Assembly (NCBI GenBank): GCA_964016885.1
Contig: OZ024755.1
Span: forward strand, 13,082,001 to 13,146,000
Direction of reading: 5' to 3'
Source of the DNA: Eledone cirrhosa
Lineage: Eukaryota
Length of the DNA: 64,000 bases
The notes beneath the pieces are model-generated. The model saw nothing but the letters and a program-made list of their open reading frames with translations, was not told the origin of the DNA and did no database searches. The position numbers and the translations under genes were made by a program. Below are positions 28,798-41,819 of this stretch, piece after piece; the first letter of the stretch is position 1, and the number at the start of each line of letters is the position of its first letter.

Positions 28798-29375
28798 CAA
28801 ACAATTTAAAAAATGGCTTGTTACAAAATTTCAAGTCAGTTGCTGTGTAGCTATGTAATAAAGAAATTATTATTTGATACATACATACATACATACATAC
28901 ATACATACATACATACATACATACATACATACATACATACATACGGATAAACAGTAAATAGATTGATTTATATTTCCTGTTAAAATTCGATTAATAAGGT
29001 AATTTGACTGACTAGAGTGACAAAAAGAACAGGTCATTAGATGACAAAAAAGGACAATTTACTTTATCCCAGCACCACTTTAATCTGTCATGAAGGCATA
29101 TCATTTAATGTCCATTTGTTGACTGCTATTGCTTACATAAATACTAAAATATATTGATGTTACAGCTCTTAAGATTTCACCAGTGATGAAAAATTCATGT
29201 TATTTTCAGACATCTATTTATGGTGTTGCTCATTTATTTTCTATATTCCCTGCAGATTACATATATATATTAAACACTCGCATACCTAGATAAACATGTA
29301 CACACACATGCACATACATATATAGACACACACACAAACATTCACTAAAGTACAGGCTTTGTATGGTTGCTGTGT

Positions 29376-29721
29376 CATCATCATCATCATCATTTTACGT
29401 CCACTTGTCCCTGCTTGCAAGGGTGGGACGGGAACTGATTCTGGCTTGATTTCTACAGCTGGATGCCCTTCCTAACACCAACCTCATTTACAGTGAGTGC
29501 TGGGTGCTATTTTTCCGCGGTGCCTACACGTCCACGACCACTTTGCAGTGGAATGATAGGGACCCCAGTCCCTATCATCTCATTTCTACAACTGAGTAAA
29601 CTGGAGCAATGTGAAATCAAGTGTCTTGCTGAAGGAAACAACACATCACCCTGTCTGAGAATTGAACTCACAACCTTTCGATTGCAAGGCCAATGCTCTA
29701 ACCACTAAGCTATGTGCCTCC
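29376..29721 (-). mobile_element. tRNA-derived SINE family B with an RTE-shared tail (also 6355-6665+; partials 39320-39600, 53020-53140, 58588-58800)
   Basis: Head TAGCTTAGTGGTTAGAGC...GAGTTCAATTC; tail AGGAAGGGCATCCAGCTGTAGAAA...(GAT)n matches the RTE LINE 3' UTR in this window. Confidence 0.85.
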
Positions 29722-30947
29722 ATATGTGTATATGTGTATGTGTATAAATGTATGTATATTGAATATATAAGTATGTGGGTTTATGTATGAATATATGTAC
29801 ATTAAAATATTGAGTCTATGTATGTATATTGAATATATGAGTGTATGTGCCTATAAATGTATGTATATTGAATATATAAGTGTATGTGACTGTGTATATT
29901 AAATATATGAGTGTATAAATGTATGTATATTGAATATATAAGTGTATGTGACTGTGTATATTAAATATATGAGTGTATAAATGTATGTATATTGAATATA
30001 TAAGTGTATGTCTGTATGTATATTGAATATATGAGTGTATGTATATTGAATAGATGAGTTCATCATCATCATCATCATCATTATCATGTCCGTTTTTCCA
30101 GGCTTTCATGGGTTGAATGGGTCCTTTTCAACACACCATCTTTCCCCTCACTATGCTCCTTCGTCACCCCTCTGTGAGCCTCAGTGATTTGGTCTATCTC
30201 TACTGCAGCTTCCCTCCACTGGGATTTCCTGGCACTTCTTCACCCAGCGATCATTATCCATGCACATCACATGTCCCTAACAATGCAGTCTTCTCTCTTG
30301 CACATCACTTCTCATTTCTCTTAAACCCAGTTTCTCCCTCAGTTCAGCCAATGTATGTATATAGAGTATATGAGTGTATGTATATGAATGTATGTAATAT
30401 TCTCAAACAAACTGTAAAAATCTGAGCCTGACAAATCAGAGCTTAAAACCTGAATGAAATATATCTAGTCCTTTTTACTTCATATTCTCTTTCATTCTGC
30501 CTCACTCTCTCTCTCTACTTGAATTAAAGGTGACAAAAAATTGTCATTGGAACATCTGATTAAATGCCTCTTCAGATGTGATAAGGGCACAACATCCCTA
30601 GTGTTGGTGTCACAATAAAATGCATCCAGTGCACTTGGTAGAGTGTGGGAACATATGTAAGCAAGTGGTCGGTGGTTCTGATTAAGTAGTAACTTGATCT
30701 GTGACTAGCCGGTATGCCAAATATCTTGATTTAACTGTAAGGTAGGACATATGTTAAGTCTTCTCCTAATCACTGGTCATTTAAAATAGGCCATAGAATA
30801 ATAGTTTTATTTTGAAAGATTGTGTTGAACAAGACATGAAATAAATTAACAACTGTTCACAGTGGGAAGAGTCCAGAGTGTAGGGTAGGCTGTATGGGAA
30901 CAAGAGACATGTATATTCAGTTCTTACACACATGCACACGCGCACAT

Positions 30948-30989
<42 letters not shown>

Positions 30990-31374
30990 GGGATAACAAA
31001 TTATCGTTATAGGTAATCCAGTTAGAGGTTGGGAGTACTCTGTATTGTGGATAGTTTTAACGTACAGCGTTTCCTTAGTTAAGTGGCGAGTTCTCGGAGA
31101 GATTTTTAATGAACATGCGAACTACTACAACATAGTTTCACTTAAGGCAGGCCACAAGGACAGGCTCAAATACTCTAAATGAGACATTGTATCTTTATTA
31201 TACACAAACATAGTCCATTATTTTTTATACTCTATGCTCTGAGAACTTATTAATAGGTATTAGCCAAGCTAATCATATATATTTAGTACTGACTGCTAAA
31301 ATACTAAATGAGCAGTTTGAAATGTAGTCTACATTTTATATCTGGCCTGGGTTTAATACCAGCTTGAGGTAGCA

Positions 31375-32045
31375 TGGAGCCTACATTTCACATTTCATCT
31401 TGGCCTATTACCATCTTTAAGAAGGAGGCTTACATTTTTACATCGAACCTGGGCCTTTTGGGGTCTATTATGGGGTTTCACATTTGGCCTGAGCCTCTTA
31501 CCATCTTTGTGTAGAGGCCTACATTTCACATCTGGCTTGGGCTTCTTACCATCTTTGTGTAGAGGCCTACATTTCACATCTGGCCTGGGCTTCTTACCAT
31601 CTTTGTGTAGAGGCCTACATTTCACATCTGACCTGGGCCTCTTACTATCTTTGTATTGAGGCCTGCATTTCACATCTGGCCTGGGCCTCTTACTATCTTT
31701 GAGTGGAGGCCTGCATTTCACAACTGGCCTGGGCCGCTTACTATCTTTGTATTGAGGCCTGCATTTCACATCTGGCCTGGGCCACTTACTATCTTTGAGT
31801 GGAAGCCTGCATTTCACATCTGACCTAAGCCTATTTCCAAGCTTGAGGGGAGCGGAGAAGTCGGGCAATATTTTATATCTGGCTTGAGTCAATTAACAGC
31901 TTGGGAGATGGCGTCATACATTTTTCATCTGGTCTAGGCATACTTCCAGCTTTGGGAAGGGGGCTTATATTTTAGATATAGTCTGGGTCTATTGCCAGTG
32001 TTGAGCAGGAGTGGGCCTACATTTCACATCTGGCCAAGGTCTAAA
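31375..32045. repeat. 42-bp minisatellite (older related array about 47900-48200)
   Basis: Unit ggcctRcatttcacatctggcctgggcctcttacYatctttg... Confidence 0.9.
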
Positions 32046-32711
32046 CCAGCATGAGATGGAGAGCATTATAGACCACTGTGCAAAGCAATGTATCAGGACC
32101 CCTACATGCACAACCACAGTATACATAGATTAGGATTGGACCCCTAGGTATGGTGTGCCCTTAGGTTACTGTCCAGTGTCCCCATGCTTTAAGATGGCAC
32201 TCTGCATAGGTCAGGTGATAATCAAACTTAACAAACATGATACCTTTACTTTAACCCTTTAGCATCTAAACCAGCCGTATCTGGCCAGAATTCTCTCACC
32301 TCTTTCTGTTCAAACCGGCCATAACTGGCCCCTCATACTAACATTAAAGTATTGTTCTCAAAATAAATAATATCAAAATCTCATAGATTCGATATCATGT
32401 AATATAATTATGATTTCACTGGGACAATAACTATTGACAGTACAAGTACAAATATATCATACAACTTCTTAACCCCTCGGTCGTGTTGTGGCTACTTGGA
32501 CAATGACCAATGAAATGAAAGTACAAGTATATCATATGAAGCTCGGCTGAAAAGTTCATCAGCTGATAATGAAGGAGTGATGCTAGAGCTGTGAAATCTT
32601 GCATGCATTAATTTCAACTGTTCTTATAAATAACTGCATTGTTTTTTTTTTTGTTTTTTGTTTTTTTACTTTTCAGCCTTTACAAATTAAAAATATAATC
32701 TTTGTACTTAC

Positions 32712-32778
32712 TTTTCTCACACTGACTAGGACATAGGATGGTTAGTAAGATCAAGCCGAACACTAAATGTGTCTTCAT
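32712..32778 (-). CDS. Secreted prepropeptide (candidate neuropeptide precursor), exon 1: signal peptide
   Basis: aacaacATG start; MKTHLVFGLILLTILCPSQCEK has a basic n-region, hydrophobic core and S-Q-C cleavage site; consensus donor A|gtaagt at 32711. Too short to appear in the ORF track. Confidence 0.7.
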
Positions 32779-33127
32779 GTTGTTGTTGTTGTTGTTGTTG
32801 ATGATGATGATCTGTTGTTGTTGATGTTGTTATTGTTGTTGGTGTGTTGTAGCTGTTGCTGTTGTTGCTATTGTTGTAGCTGCTATTGTTGTTGTTGTTG
32901 ATGATGGTCTTGCTGTTTTTGATGTTGTCGTTGTTGCTGTTGTTATCGTTGATGGTGTTAGTCTTGCTGTTGTTGATGTTGTCGTTGTTGCTGTTGTTGT
33001 TGTTATTATTATTGCAGTTCTTGTTGTTGCAGTTGTTATTGTTGTTGTGGTTAGTGGTAAGTTTTATCAGTGTTACACCATCATATATATTGTGATGTAC
33101 TGTCATTGCCAAGACTGCAGCCCTCTC

Positions 33128-33135
33128 TTTTTATA
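33128..33135 (-). promoter_or_regulatory. TATA box of the prepropeptide gene
   Basis: TATAAAAAG on the minus strand, Inr-like ACAGT about 32 nt downstream, CCAAT at 33151-33155. Confidence 0.5.
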
Positions 33136-33199
33136 AGCTATTCTGTCCAACCAATATTCATGATTTAAAGACTGCCTCTTTTTCAATTCTTGCCACCTA

Positions 33200-33680
33200 C
33201 AATCAATACCACACCCACTAGTACCACCACCATTATCACCATTACCACCACCACCACCACCATTATCACCACCACCATCATCACAGCCACCATCATCACC
33301 ATCACCGCCATCACAGCCACCATCATCACCACCACCGCCATCACAGCCACCATTATCACCACCACCACCATCACAGCCACCACTTTCACCATTACCACCT
33401 CCATACTTTCACCATCAACATTACCATCATCAACACCATCACTATCACAGTCACCATCTCCATCATCACCATCACCATCAACATTACCACCACCACCACC
33501 ATCACAGCCACCACTAACATCACTGCCACCAGCTCCACCTTCACCATCACTATCACCACTACCACCATTACCATCACTGCCACCACCACCTTCACTGCCA
33601 CCACCACATTCACCATCACCATCACTACCACCACCACCACTATCACCACTACTGCCCCCTCATCACCCCTACCCCAACAC
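33200..33680. repeat. (CAC/CAT)n low-complexity tract upstream of the prepropeptide promoter
   Basis: Degenerate trinucleotide repeat; source of the Thr/Pro-rich and Val/Met-rich ORFs. Confidence 0.85.
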
Positions 33681-34779
33681 CCACTTCACCCCCAGTATTC
33701 ACTCCATTAGCAATCGCCATTAATACACATAACCATAAGAAACTATCACCTATACTTTCAATACTCCCCTGTCAAAGAAAAATCATTTCTTATCAGAATT
33801 GTCTTCTTTGGAAACACATAAGTCTTGTGTTCCTTATTAAAATCTTCTCTGTCACCAACGCCTTCTTCTCCTCCTCCGCACAGCCTCCACCGCTCTCATC
33901 ACTCAATGCCAATAGAAGGCTTTTCTGTTTGTTTTATTTTGTTTTTGTTTGTATGTTTGTTTTGTTGTTGTTGTTTTTTGTCTCTACTTCTGATATCAAA
34001 TATTGTTGCTACTTCCTGACAAACTCTCAGACAAAAAGAATAAAAATAAAACAAAGACTTATATTCGGTACTATTTAGATATATAGCATACATTTCTCTC
34101 TCTCTCTCTCTCTCCAGATGGCTAAGACCACTAAACCAATAAAATCATCATCATCATCATCATCGTTTAACGTCTATCTTCCACGCTAGCATGGGTTTAG
34201 ACGGGAATTGTCCCACTTGAGGCAAGATTGGTTGTTTCGCTCGTATAGGACTGTCTGGCAGGTTTTCTACGGCTGGATGCCCTTCCTAACACCAACGACG
34301 TTATATATATCATCATCATCATTGTTTAATGTCCATTTTCAACGCTAGCATGGGTTAGACGGGTTGTCCCATTAGAGGCAAGTTGGGTCAGGTAACCGGG
34401 TCTTGTTCACATAGAACTGTTACATATATATATATTTATATATATATATGAGGGTTGGTTGAAACATTCATAGGCTGACTATGAAGGAATGATGCTATGG
34501 ATGCTATGGATGCTAGAGCTGTGAAATGTTGCAGGCATTAAATTCAGCTCATCTTTCCTGGTTCCATCTCTAGCTTACCAATAACTGCATAGCTATCCTT
34601 TCTAAATTCAATACAAGCCACGAAGATCACTGTGGATCTAACTACAAGGCCATGATATTAACACCTTCACTGGAAGTACTTGACACTAGCATTCTTGTGC
34701 TTCATTAGACACTTCCTTTCATAAGTACACTCCATATGGCCTTATCACAACAATGAAGGTTTTTAAAAGTCAAAGCATT

Positions 34780-34960
34780 ATCTAGTTATTGATAATTTGG
34801 CTTGAGAACATCAAGCCCTTCTCCAAGGTAGCAAATGCCAAATGATTCTTTAATCCCAATAGTCTAAGCATGCTGTAAACAGCTTTGGTGAGATGCTATC
34901 ACTTTGATGGACTTCTCTGATTTCAAAGATTCAATGCCTGAGTAATTGAATGAATGACTT
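34780..34960 (-). mobile_element. Decayed LINE reverse transcriptase fragment
   Basis: QSDSISPKLFTACLD (cf. QGDTISPKLFTACLE) and KNHLAFA (cf. NHLRFADD), interrupted by stops and frameshifts. Confidence 0.55.
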
Positions 34961-35425
34961 GTTTAGTTGACCAGATATCTGAGATGGTCAACTGTGATGC
35001 TGTCTGGAATTATGTCCCTCTTTTTAATATTGATGACATTTTCAGCTTCCCTTGCCACTCCATACATACATACATATGATGGCTGCCCCCTCGTTATCGA
35101 GTATGGCCATTGCATGATATACCATTATTAATAATTATTAATTAATTCTATCGTGCAATGCCTGTGCGTGAAGATATTTTTTAAAGTGAGGAAAGACTGT
35201 GCACTGAGCCAATCCCACTCTCTGAGCGACAGTAGCTATAACCCGAAAAGAAGAAAAGATCAACATCATTGGTAACTACTCTCAAATCCCCATTTTCCCC
35301 AACCACCAGAAAACATACAAATACCACCACACTACAATGACAGTTGGCTTTCCTGATGATTTCCTTCGAATGAAACAATTTTAGTCCTGTAGAAGTCATT
35401 TCTATATTAAATTTTATATATATAT

Positions 35426-35522
<97 letters not shown>

Positions 35523-35651
35523 CAAAGAGATATTTAATTTGTTGGTAATTCAACAAATATATTTATAACAGATTCGAAGCACTCGACAAGTTTTCTGGAG
35601 TATAATATCAATGATATTAATAAATGGAAACTCTATTTATAAAACCATGTT

Positions 35652-35712
35652 TATTCTATTATATATATTTCAAGGGTACCAAAACTTTGGTACGCTCTCA
35701 TCAGATAAAATA
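35652..35712 (-). ncRNA. Minimal type I hammerhead ribozyme motif (same family as 23548)
   Basis: 35521-35716 is a near-identical reverse complement of 23544-23739, including the ribozyme core. Confidence 0.7.
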
Positions 35713-37446
35713 CAAAGTTTGTTTTATAAATATTGACGAATCCAGGAATGAGACCTTAACGGTTCAAGTTTCACCTGGTGAAATGTGTGTGGGTGTGTGT
35801 ATATATATATATAATGCACCAGGTACATACCATGAAGTGGTTGTTGTTAGAAAGGGCATCCAGCCACAGAAATCATGCCAAAAATGGAACATATAAGATG
35901 CTGTCATATGACATGTCTGGTCTCAGAATAGGGCAACACGTCTAACCCATGCCTACATGAAAACTAGACATAAAACGGTGATAATAATTGTTTCTACTTT
36001 TGGCACAAGGCCAGCAATTACTCCAGTGTATTACTGGTACTTTATTTTATCGACCCCGTAAGGATGAAAGTCAAAGTTAACCTCGGCGGGATTTGAACTC
36101 AGATGATAAAGGGCCGTACCTCTATGCTGCAAAGCATGGCGTCCGATCCTCTACCGATACTGCCAATCCACCGCCTAAAACAGTGATAATAATGATGTGT
36201 GTGCGTGTAGACCCATGGGTGTATGTATCTGTGAGTGTGTGTATAAGTGTTTGTATGGGGGTGGATGTTGATGAAAAAAATCTTCATGGGAATGTGTGCT
36301 ATCTTCCCATATAATCACACCGAAAGCTATTACAATAGAAAGGTGGTAGAACCTTATGCATTAATTATGAATGTATTTTGTTATTAATTGATGGAGAAGG
36401 AGGCTAATGTGAAATACAATAAAAAATAAATGAATAAATAAACAACAGCCCCATGGCAGATATATAAACTCCATTATAACGATTGGCAGTATAGGTAGAG
36501 AGTCGGACGCCATGCTCTCCAGCATAGTTACGTCCCTTTACGATTTGAGTTCAAATCCCGCCGAGGTTAACTTTGCCTTTCATCCTTACGGGGTCGATAA
36601 AATAAAGTACCAGTAATGTACTGGGGTAATTGCTGGCCTTGTGCCAAAAGTAGAAACAATTATAACATATAGCACCAGGACTGACATATGGGTATTTAGC
36701 ACCCTAGACTAGGCTTACAGTGATGTCCCATTCTCCCAAATAAAATAATTTCAACTCACTGTTTGGTAACCCAACAAACCTAGTTTTTGACACTTCTTGC
36801 TCTGATCACATTAAAAAAAATATTGCAAAGCCAGCATTATCTACTTCACAGTTCACACACTCCCATTCTAAATCATATGACTCTCTTCACCATTTCGGAT
36901 ATTTTTACAATGCTGTTATGTAGTAACAATTTCTTTATTGATTGTAGAAAGTTATTTTATTTTTAAGTTAATTATATAAATTTGTATAAAACTGTAGTAC
37001 CTTAAGGTTTAGTAATGTGCTTCACTAAGGTCTGTATCCTATGTGGCTGCCTAGTTGGTCTTAATGGTAGCACAGGCCCTTTATAAAACTATGATCCTTT
37101 AAGGTTCAGTAATGCAGCTATCTAACGCCTGTGCCCTAAGCAGCTGCCATAGTTGGCCTTTAGGAATCTCTCACTCCCAGTGTGCAAACTGTGCACTCGG
37201 GCACCAAACAGTATTTTCATATTCCCGCGCATACATACATACATACATGTATATATAATATATGTATATATGTTTTTGCCGATAAGTTCTCATTCACAAA
37301 GCCTTGGTGCACATTTGATAAAAGAGATTGCACAAAATCCTGTGCATTTGGATTAAACTTCAAACCATGGACTGTGAGACAAACTTCTTAACCACATAGC
37401 TTTTTTTCTTTCCTTTTCTCTTCCATTCCTACAAAGTTTTCTCAGG

Positions 37447-37896
37447 TTACCACACATTGACGCCTATGTTTTTTCAAGTTACCACACATTGACGCCTATG
37501 TTTTTTCAAGTTACCACACATTGACGCCTATGTTTTTCAAGTTACCACACATTGAGGCCTATGTTTTTCAAGTTACCAGACATTGACGCCTATGTTTTTT
37601 CAAGTTACCACACATTGACGCCTATGTTTTTCAAGTTACCACACATTGAGGCCTATGTTTTTCAAGTTACCACACATTGACGCCTATGTTTTTTCAAGTT
37701 ACCACACATTGACGCCTATGTTTTTCAATTTACCACACATTGACACCTATGTTTTTCAATTTACCACACATTGACGCCTATGTTTTTTCAAGTTACCACA
37801 CGTTGAGGCCTATGTTTTTCAATTTACCACACATTGACGCCTATGTTTTTTCAAGTTACCACACGTTGAGGCCTATGTTTTTCAAGTTACCACACA
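37447..37896. repeat. 26-27-bp minisatellite, about 17 units
   Basis: Unit gttaccacacattgacgcctatgtttttcaa. Confidence 0.92.
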
Positions 37897-38396
37897 TCAG
37901 CCTAACTGTTTTGAATTACAATGATTGAAAATGAATAGATTTATTGGCTACTGAGCTTTAAAAGCTGTATTGTGAATAATTGTGGTGTTCTGCTTCTTCA
38001 CCTAATGTCACTATTATTCAGTCAGGATTTCTCAAACAAAGGTTACATGCATTAGTTTGAATATCAAATCAAATTTCTTTTGTAATTATAGTTTTATAAC
38101 CAAAGCGATATGAGCTCCTCATGGGAAATAACATGAAAGATAAAAATATAAGGTAAAGATGATGGATTGGCAGAATGTTTAGAACATTGGAGAGAATGCT
38201 GTGCAGTATTTGTTCTTGCTCTCTGTGTTATGTTCAAATCCTGTTGAGGTCAACTTTACCTTTCATCTTTTCGGGGTCAATAAAAAATACCAGTCCAATA
38301 CTGGGGGTAGATCATTACTCTATATCTCTCTCTCATTTTCTGGAAGAAATCTGCTGTGTTCAGACCTGAAGAGAGGATGAGCTTTTCCAGGTTTAA

Positions 38397-38602
38397 CCCT
38401 TTATCATTTATATTACTCTATATTTACTATTGTATTTTCTTGGCAAAGGTTTTATCTCACATTATATCGAATCTATGAGATTTTGATATTATTTATTTTG
38501 AAAACAATACCTTAACATCAGTATGAGCAGCTGGTTACAGCTGGTTTGAACAGAGAGGTGAGAGAATTCTAGCCAGATATGGCTGGTTTAAATGTTAAAG
38601 GG
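38397..38602 (-). mobile_element. piggyBac-type MITE
   Basis: TTAA-flanked with CCCTTT/AAAGGG ends; same internal sequence as 48477. Confidence 0.75.
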
Positions 38603-41311
38603 TTAAAATGCCCAAGACACATAATATAATAATAACAATAATGAAATTATTGTGTAAAGTGCTCAGATGCACTACAACTCGTCAAAGGTGCATGTATAGT
38701 ACATAGAATAATATACAAATGTCAGGGAAGTGAATAGTGTATGAGTCATGATATACACATATGTGTATGTGTATGGTGGGGGAATATTAGGTGTAGTGTT
38801 GGTGAGTCTCAGGAAGCATGGTGTGTTAAATACCTAGATACACATATGAGATGTGTTGTTTATTTGTTTGTGTTTGCATGTGTGTGTGAGACACATTGTT
38901 TATTTGTGTGTGTATATGTGTATCTATTTGTATGTGTGGGCATGTCTGTTTGTGTGCATGTGTGTGTAAGTGTACCTATTTGCATGAGTGCATCTGTCTG
39001 TCTGTTAATGTGTTGTGCATTTGTTTGACTGTTTATGTGTGTGTGTGTCAGTTTATGTGTGTGTACATCTTTTTATGTATGTATCTGTTTGTGTATGTTT
39101 GTTTGTGTGTGTATGTGTGTAAACATTTGTGAGTGTGTGTGTATGTGCATCAGTGTATGTATGTGTATATGTGTAATGTTTTCCACTTTGCTGCAATTAT
39201 TGATGCTTAATTAACAAAAATCGGTCAGATGTTCAACTATAAATAATTAATTACCTTACTCTATTATTATAATGTTAAAGGTAATTATTCATATTTTATT
39301 ATGTTTGTTTGCCCCCACATCCCCCACCGCAAGGTGGTCGTGGAGGTGCCACAGCAAAAAAGCACCCAGCCCACACTGTAAAGTGGACGTGTAGGCGCCA
39401 CGAAAAAGCACCCAGCACTCACTGTAAATGAGGTTGGTGTTAGGAAGGGCATCCAGCTGTAGAAATCAAGCCAGATCAGTTCCTGTATGAGCAAGGCATG
39501 GTCAGCCGACCAGACACTGCACACAACAGGACAACCCGTCTAACCCATGCTAGCGTGGAAGAACGGACGTAAAACGGTGATGATGATGATGATGATGATG
39601 GTATTGTTTGTTTGTTTGTTTTTTTTACCATATTTGTTAGAAATGTCCTCTAATCTTTTTAGCCCCACTAACCAAGAAAAAAAACATATCATCACCATTA
39701 TTATCTTTTCTGATTCAGGATTCATTTTGTTCTTGGTAAGATTTATGTGGGCAACAAGGTACAACCTGTAACCTTTGGTAGCCACATGATTTTAAAAAAG
39801 CCAAGGACTGGTGCCACAACAAAAGCACCCAGTTCACTCTGTAAAGTGGCTGTGCTGGTACCAACAACAAAAGCTCCCAGTTCACTCTGTAAAGTGGTTG
39901 TGCTGATGTCACAACAAAAACACCCAGTTCACTCTGTAAAGTAGTTGTCCTGGTACCACAACAAAAGCATCCAGTTCACTCTCTGCTGGTGCCACAACTA
40001 CAAATTTGCGTGCATATCTGTGTGTATGAATACCTGTTTGTGTTGGCATGTGAAGATATTTGTATGCATGAGTGTATATATATGTATGTGTATCTGTATG
40101 TATGTGTATATGTTCTTTGAAATTCTTCTACCATATTTCCTCCTGTAGTCTAACAATGTCTGTCCCTTCGAAGATGACAAATGCCATATCCTGTCAAATG
40201 GCCAGATAATCTCTATCAAGGTCTCAAGATTCTTAACCAAATCTTTTTTATTTCCTCACTTCAGCACATTTATCATAATCATTCATTGCTATTATCCCCA
40301 CACCATTATAGTCACTGTCATCATCTTTACTGCCATAATTCCCATTTTTTATCTATTATTGTAAATAGTATTATGGAATAAACGAGGATGAAATATTTCA
40401 CATATAACATATCCGACACATTTTCTTATCTTAATTCCTCTATAATGTAGAAAGAATTGACAAGTTAATGAAGTGAATGGGGTCTGTGACATTTGTTTTA
40501 GAAGTACACGCTCTCTCTCTCTCTCTTATATTACAATTAAGACTGTATGGCGGTTTGCTAGAATATATATATATATATATTGTATATATGTGTGAATATA
40601 TATACATACATATAGCATAAAGAAGTTTTACATTAGTAACAATCATTCAAACTAAGACATCTCAATAAGATTATATTTTCTCTATTTGGTATTATACTGG
40701 ACTAGTGGACCAGTATTGTCAATATCGTTGAAGGTATTTCGTTTTAGGAGTCTATCTATATCAGGTTAACCGGGAAATTTGAGTTTTGATAAATTAATTT
40801 TTTGTATAAGAGAAACCCTATAGTTTATGTTGATTACTGATACATTAAAATACTTAAAAATAAGAATAACACCAGAGCTAAAGCACTCTAAAATGTGCAC
40901 TGCCTTCTCTCAAATAAAATGATTTCAACTTATAGTTTAATAAACTCATGAACTTAGTTTTTCACATTGTTTGCTCTGACAACACTAAAAAACATTACTA
41001 AGCCTGCATTTTTCACTATACACTCCATACTCACCTACACCAAATCACATGACAGGTCATGACACCATACAACTCTCTCCACCATTTTGAATATTTCCAC
41101 AATGCTGCTACATGGCAAAAATGTTTAGCAATTTATTTATTGATGGCAAGAGTTATATACAAAATTTATATAATCAAATTAAATATATAACATATATAAA
41201 CTTTATTCACATATGACAATTGTTTCAATATTGATCAGCACTGACTGGTGAACTGCCTGTAACTACCATTGAATACCTACCTACTATATATATATATATA
41301 TGTGTGTGTGT

Positions 41312-41525
41312 GGTTGTTGGCCGTCTGCAGAATAGTCAGATGATGGGGCTGCCATCTTGGTGGCGAGCCAACGCGCTGTGGGACACCGTTCATTTGGAAC
41401 CTACCCAGGAGACCAGCCCTCCTAGGATGGCCCTACCAGAAGCATAGCTCCAGACAATAACGCTTTCTCAGATTTATGGATCGCACAAGCCCCCTTGCCA
41501 CGACAAGGCAAGACCCAGGAGGGGC
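41312..41525 (+). mobile_element. Ceph-domain / RTE 5'-UTR-like SINE fragment
   Basis: ccctaccagaagcatagctcc...cacaagcccc...ccacgacaagg resembles the Ceph-SINE core as recalled. Confidence 0.45.
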
Positions 41526-41819
41526 ACCCTTTATAGAGTGTGATGAATGCATTTTATCATGGCACCAGAACGAGATTGGTTGTTATATCTTTGACAAGAA
41601 TAGAAGGTCATCTCTACCTTATGTTTTACTCATTCATTCACCAATCATTTTACAGAATATACTGCTCTGCCTGTTATTGCTGCCATTATAAAATGGAGCC
41701 AGTGCTAGAAACCAAACCAAAAATATAAAATACAAGCCAGACATTAAGCCTCCAATATATATGTAGGAGGATAGTAACTTTGAATAAGAACTGACTTAGA
41801 CTGTGTTTATGTAAATAGT

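Noticed and set aside
29640-29721. tRNA-like A and B boxes
   Set aside because: SINE head with no complete cloverleaf; not a tRNA gene.
32726-33723. Poly-N/Q, poly-L, poly-T/P and poly-V ORFs
   Set aside because: Trinucleotide low-complexity DNA; the credible coding frame is the short signal-peptide frame at 32712-32778.
37447-37896. Regular short repeats resembling a CRISPR array
   Set aside because: No unique spacers; head-to-tail minisatellite in a eukaryotic genome.
39998-40240. 80-aa minus-strand ORF
   Set aside because: No clear splice sites or homology; runs into (CA)-rich repeat.
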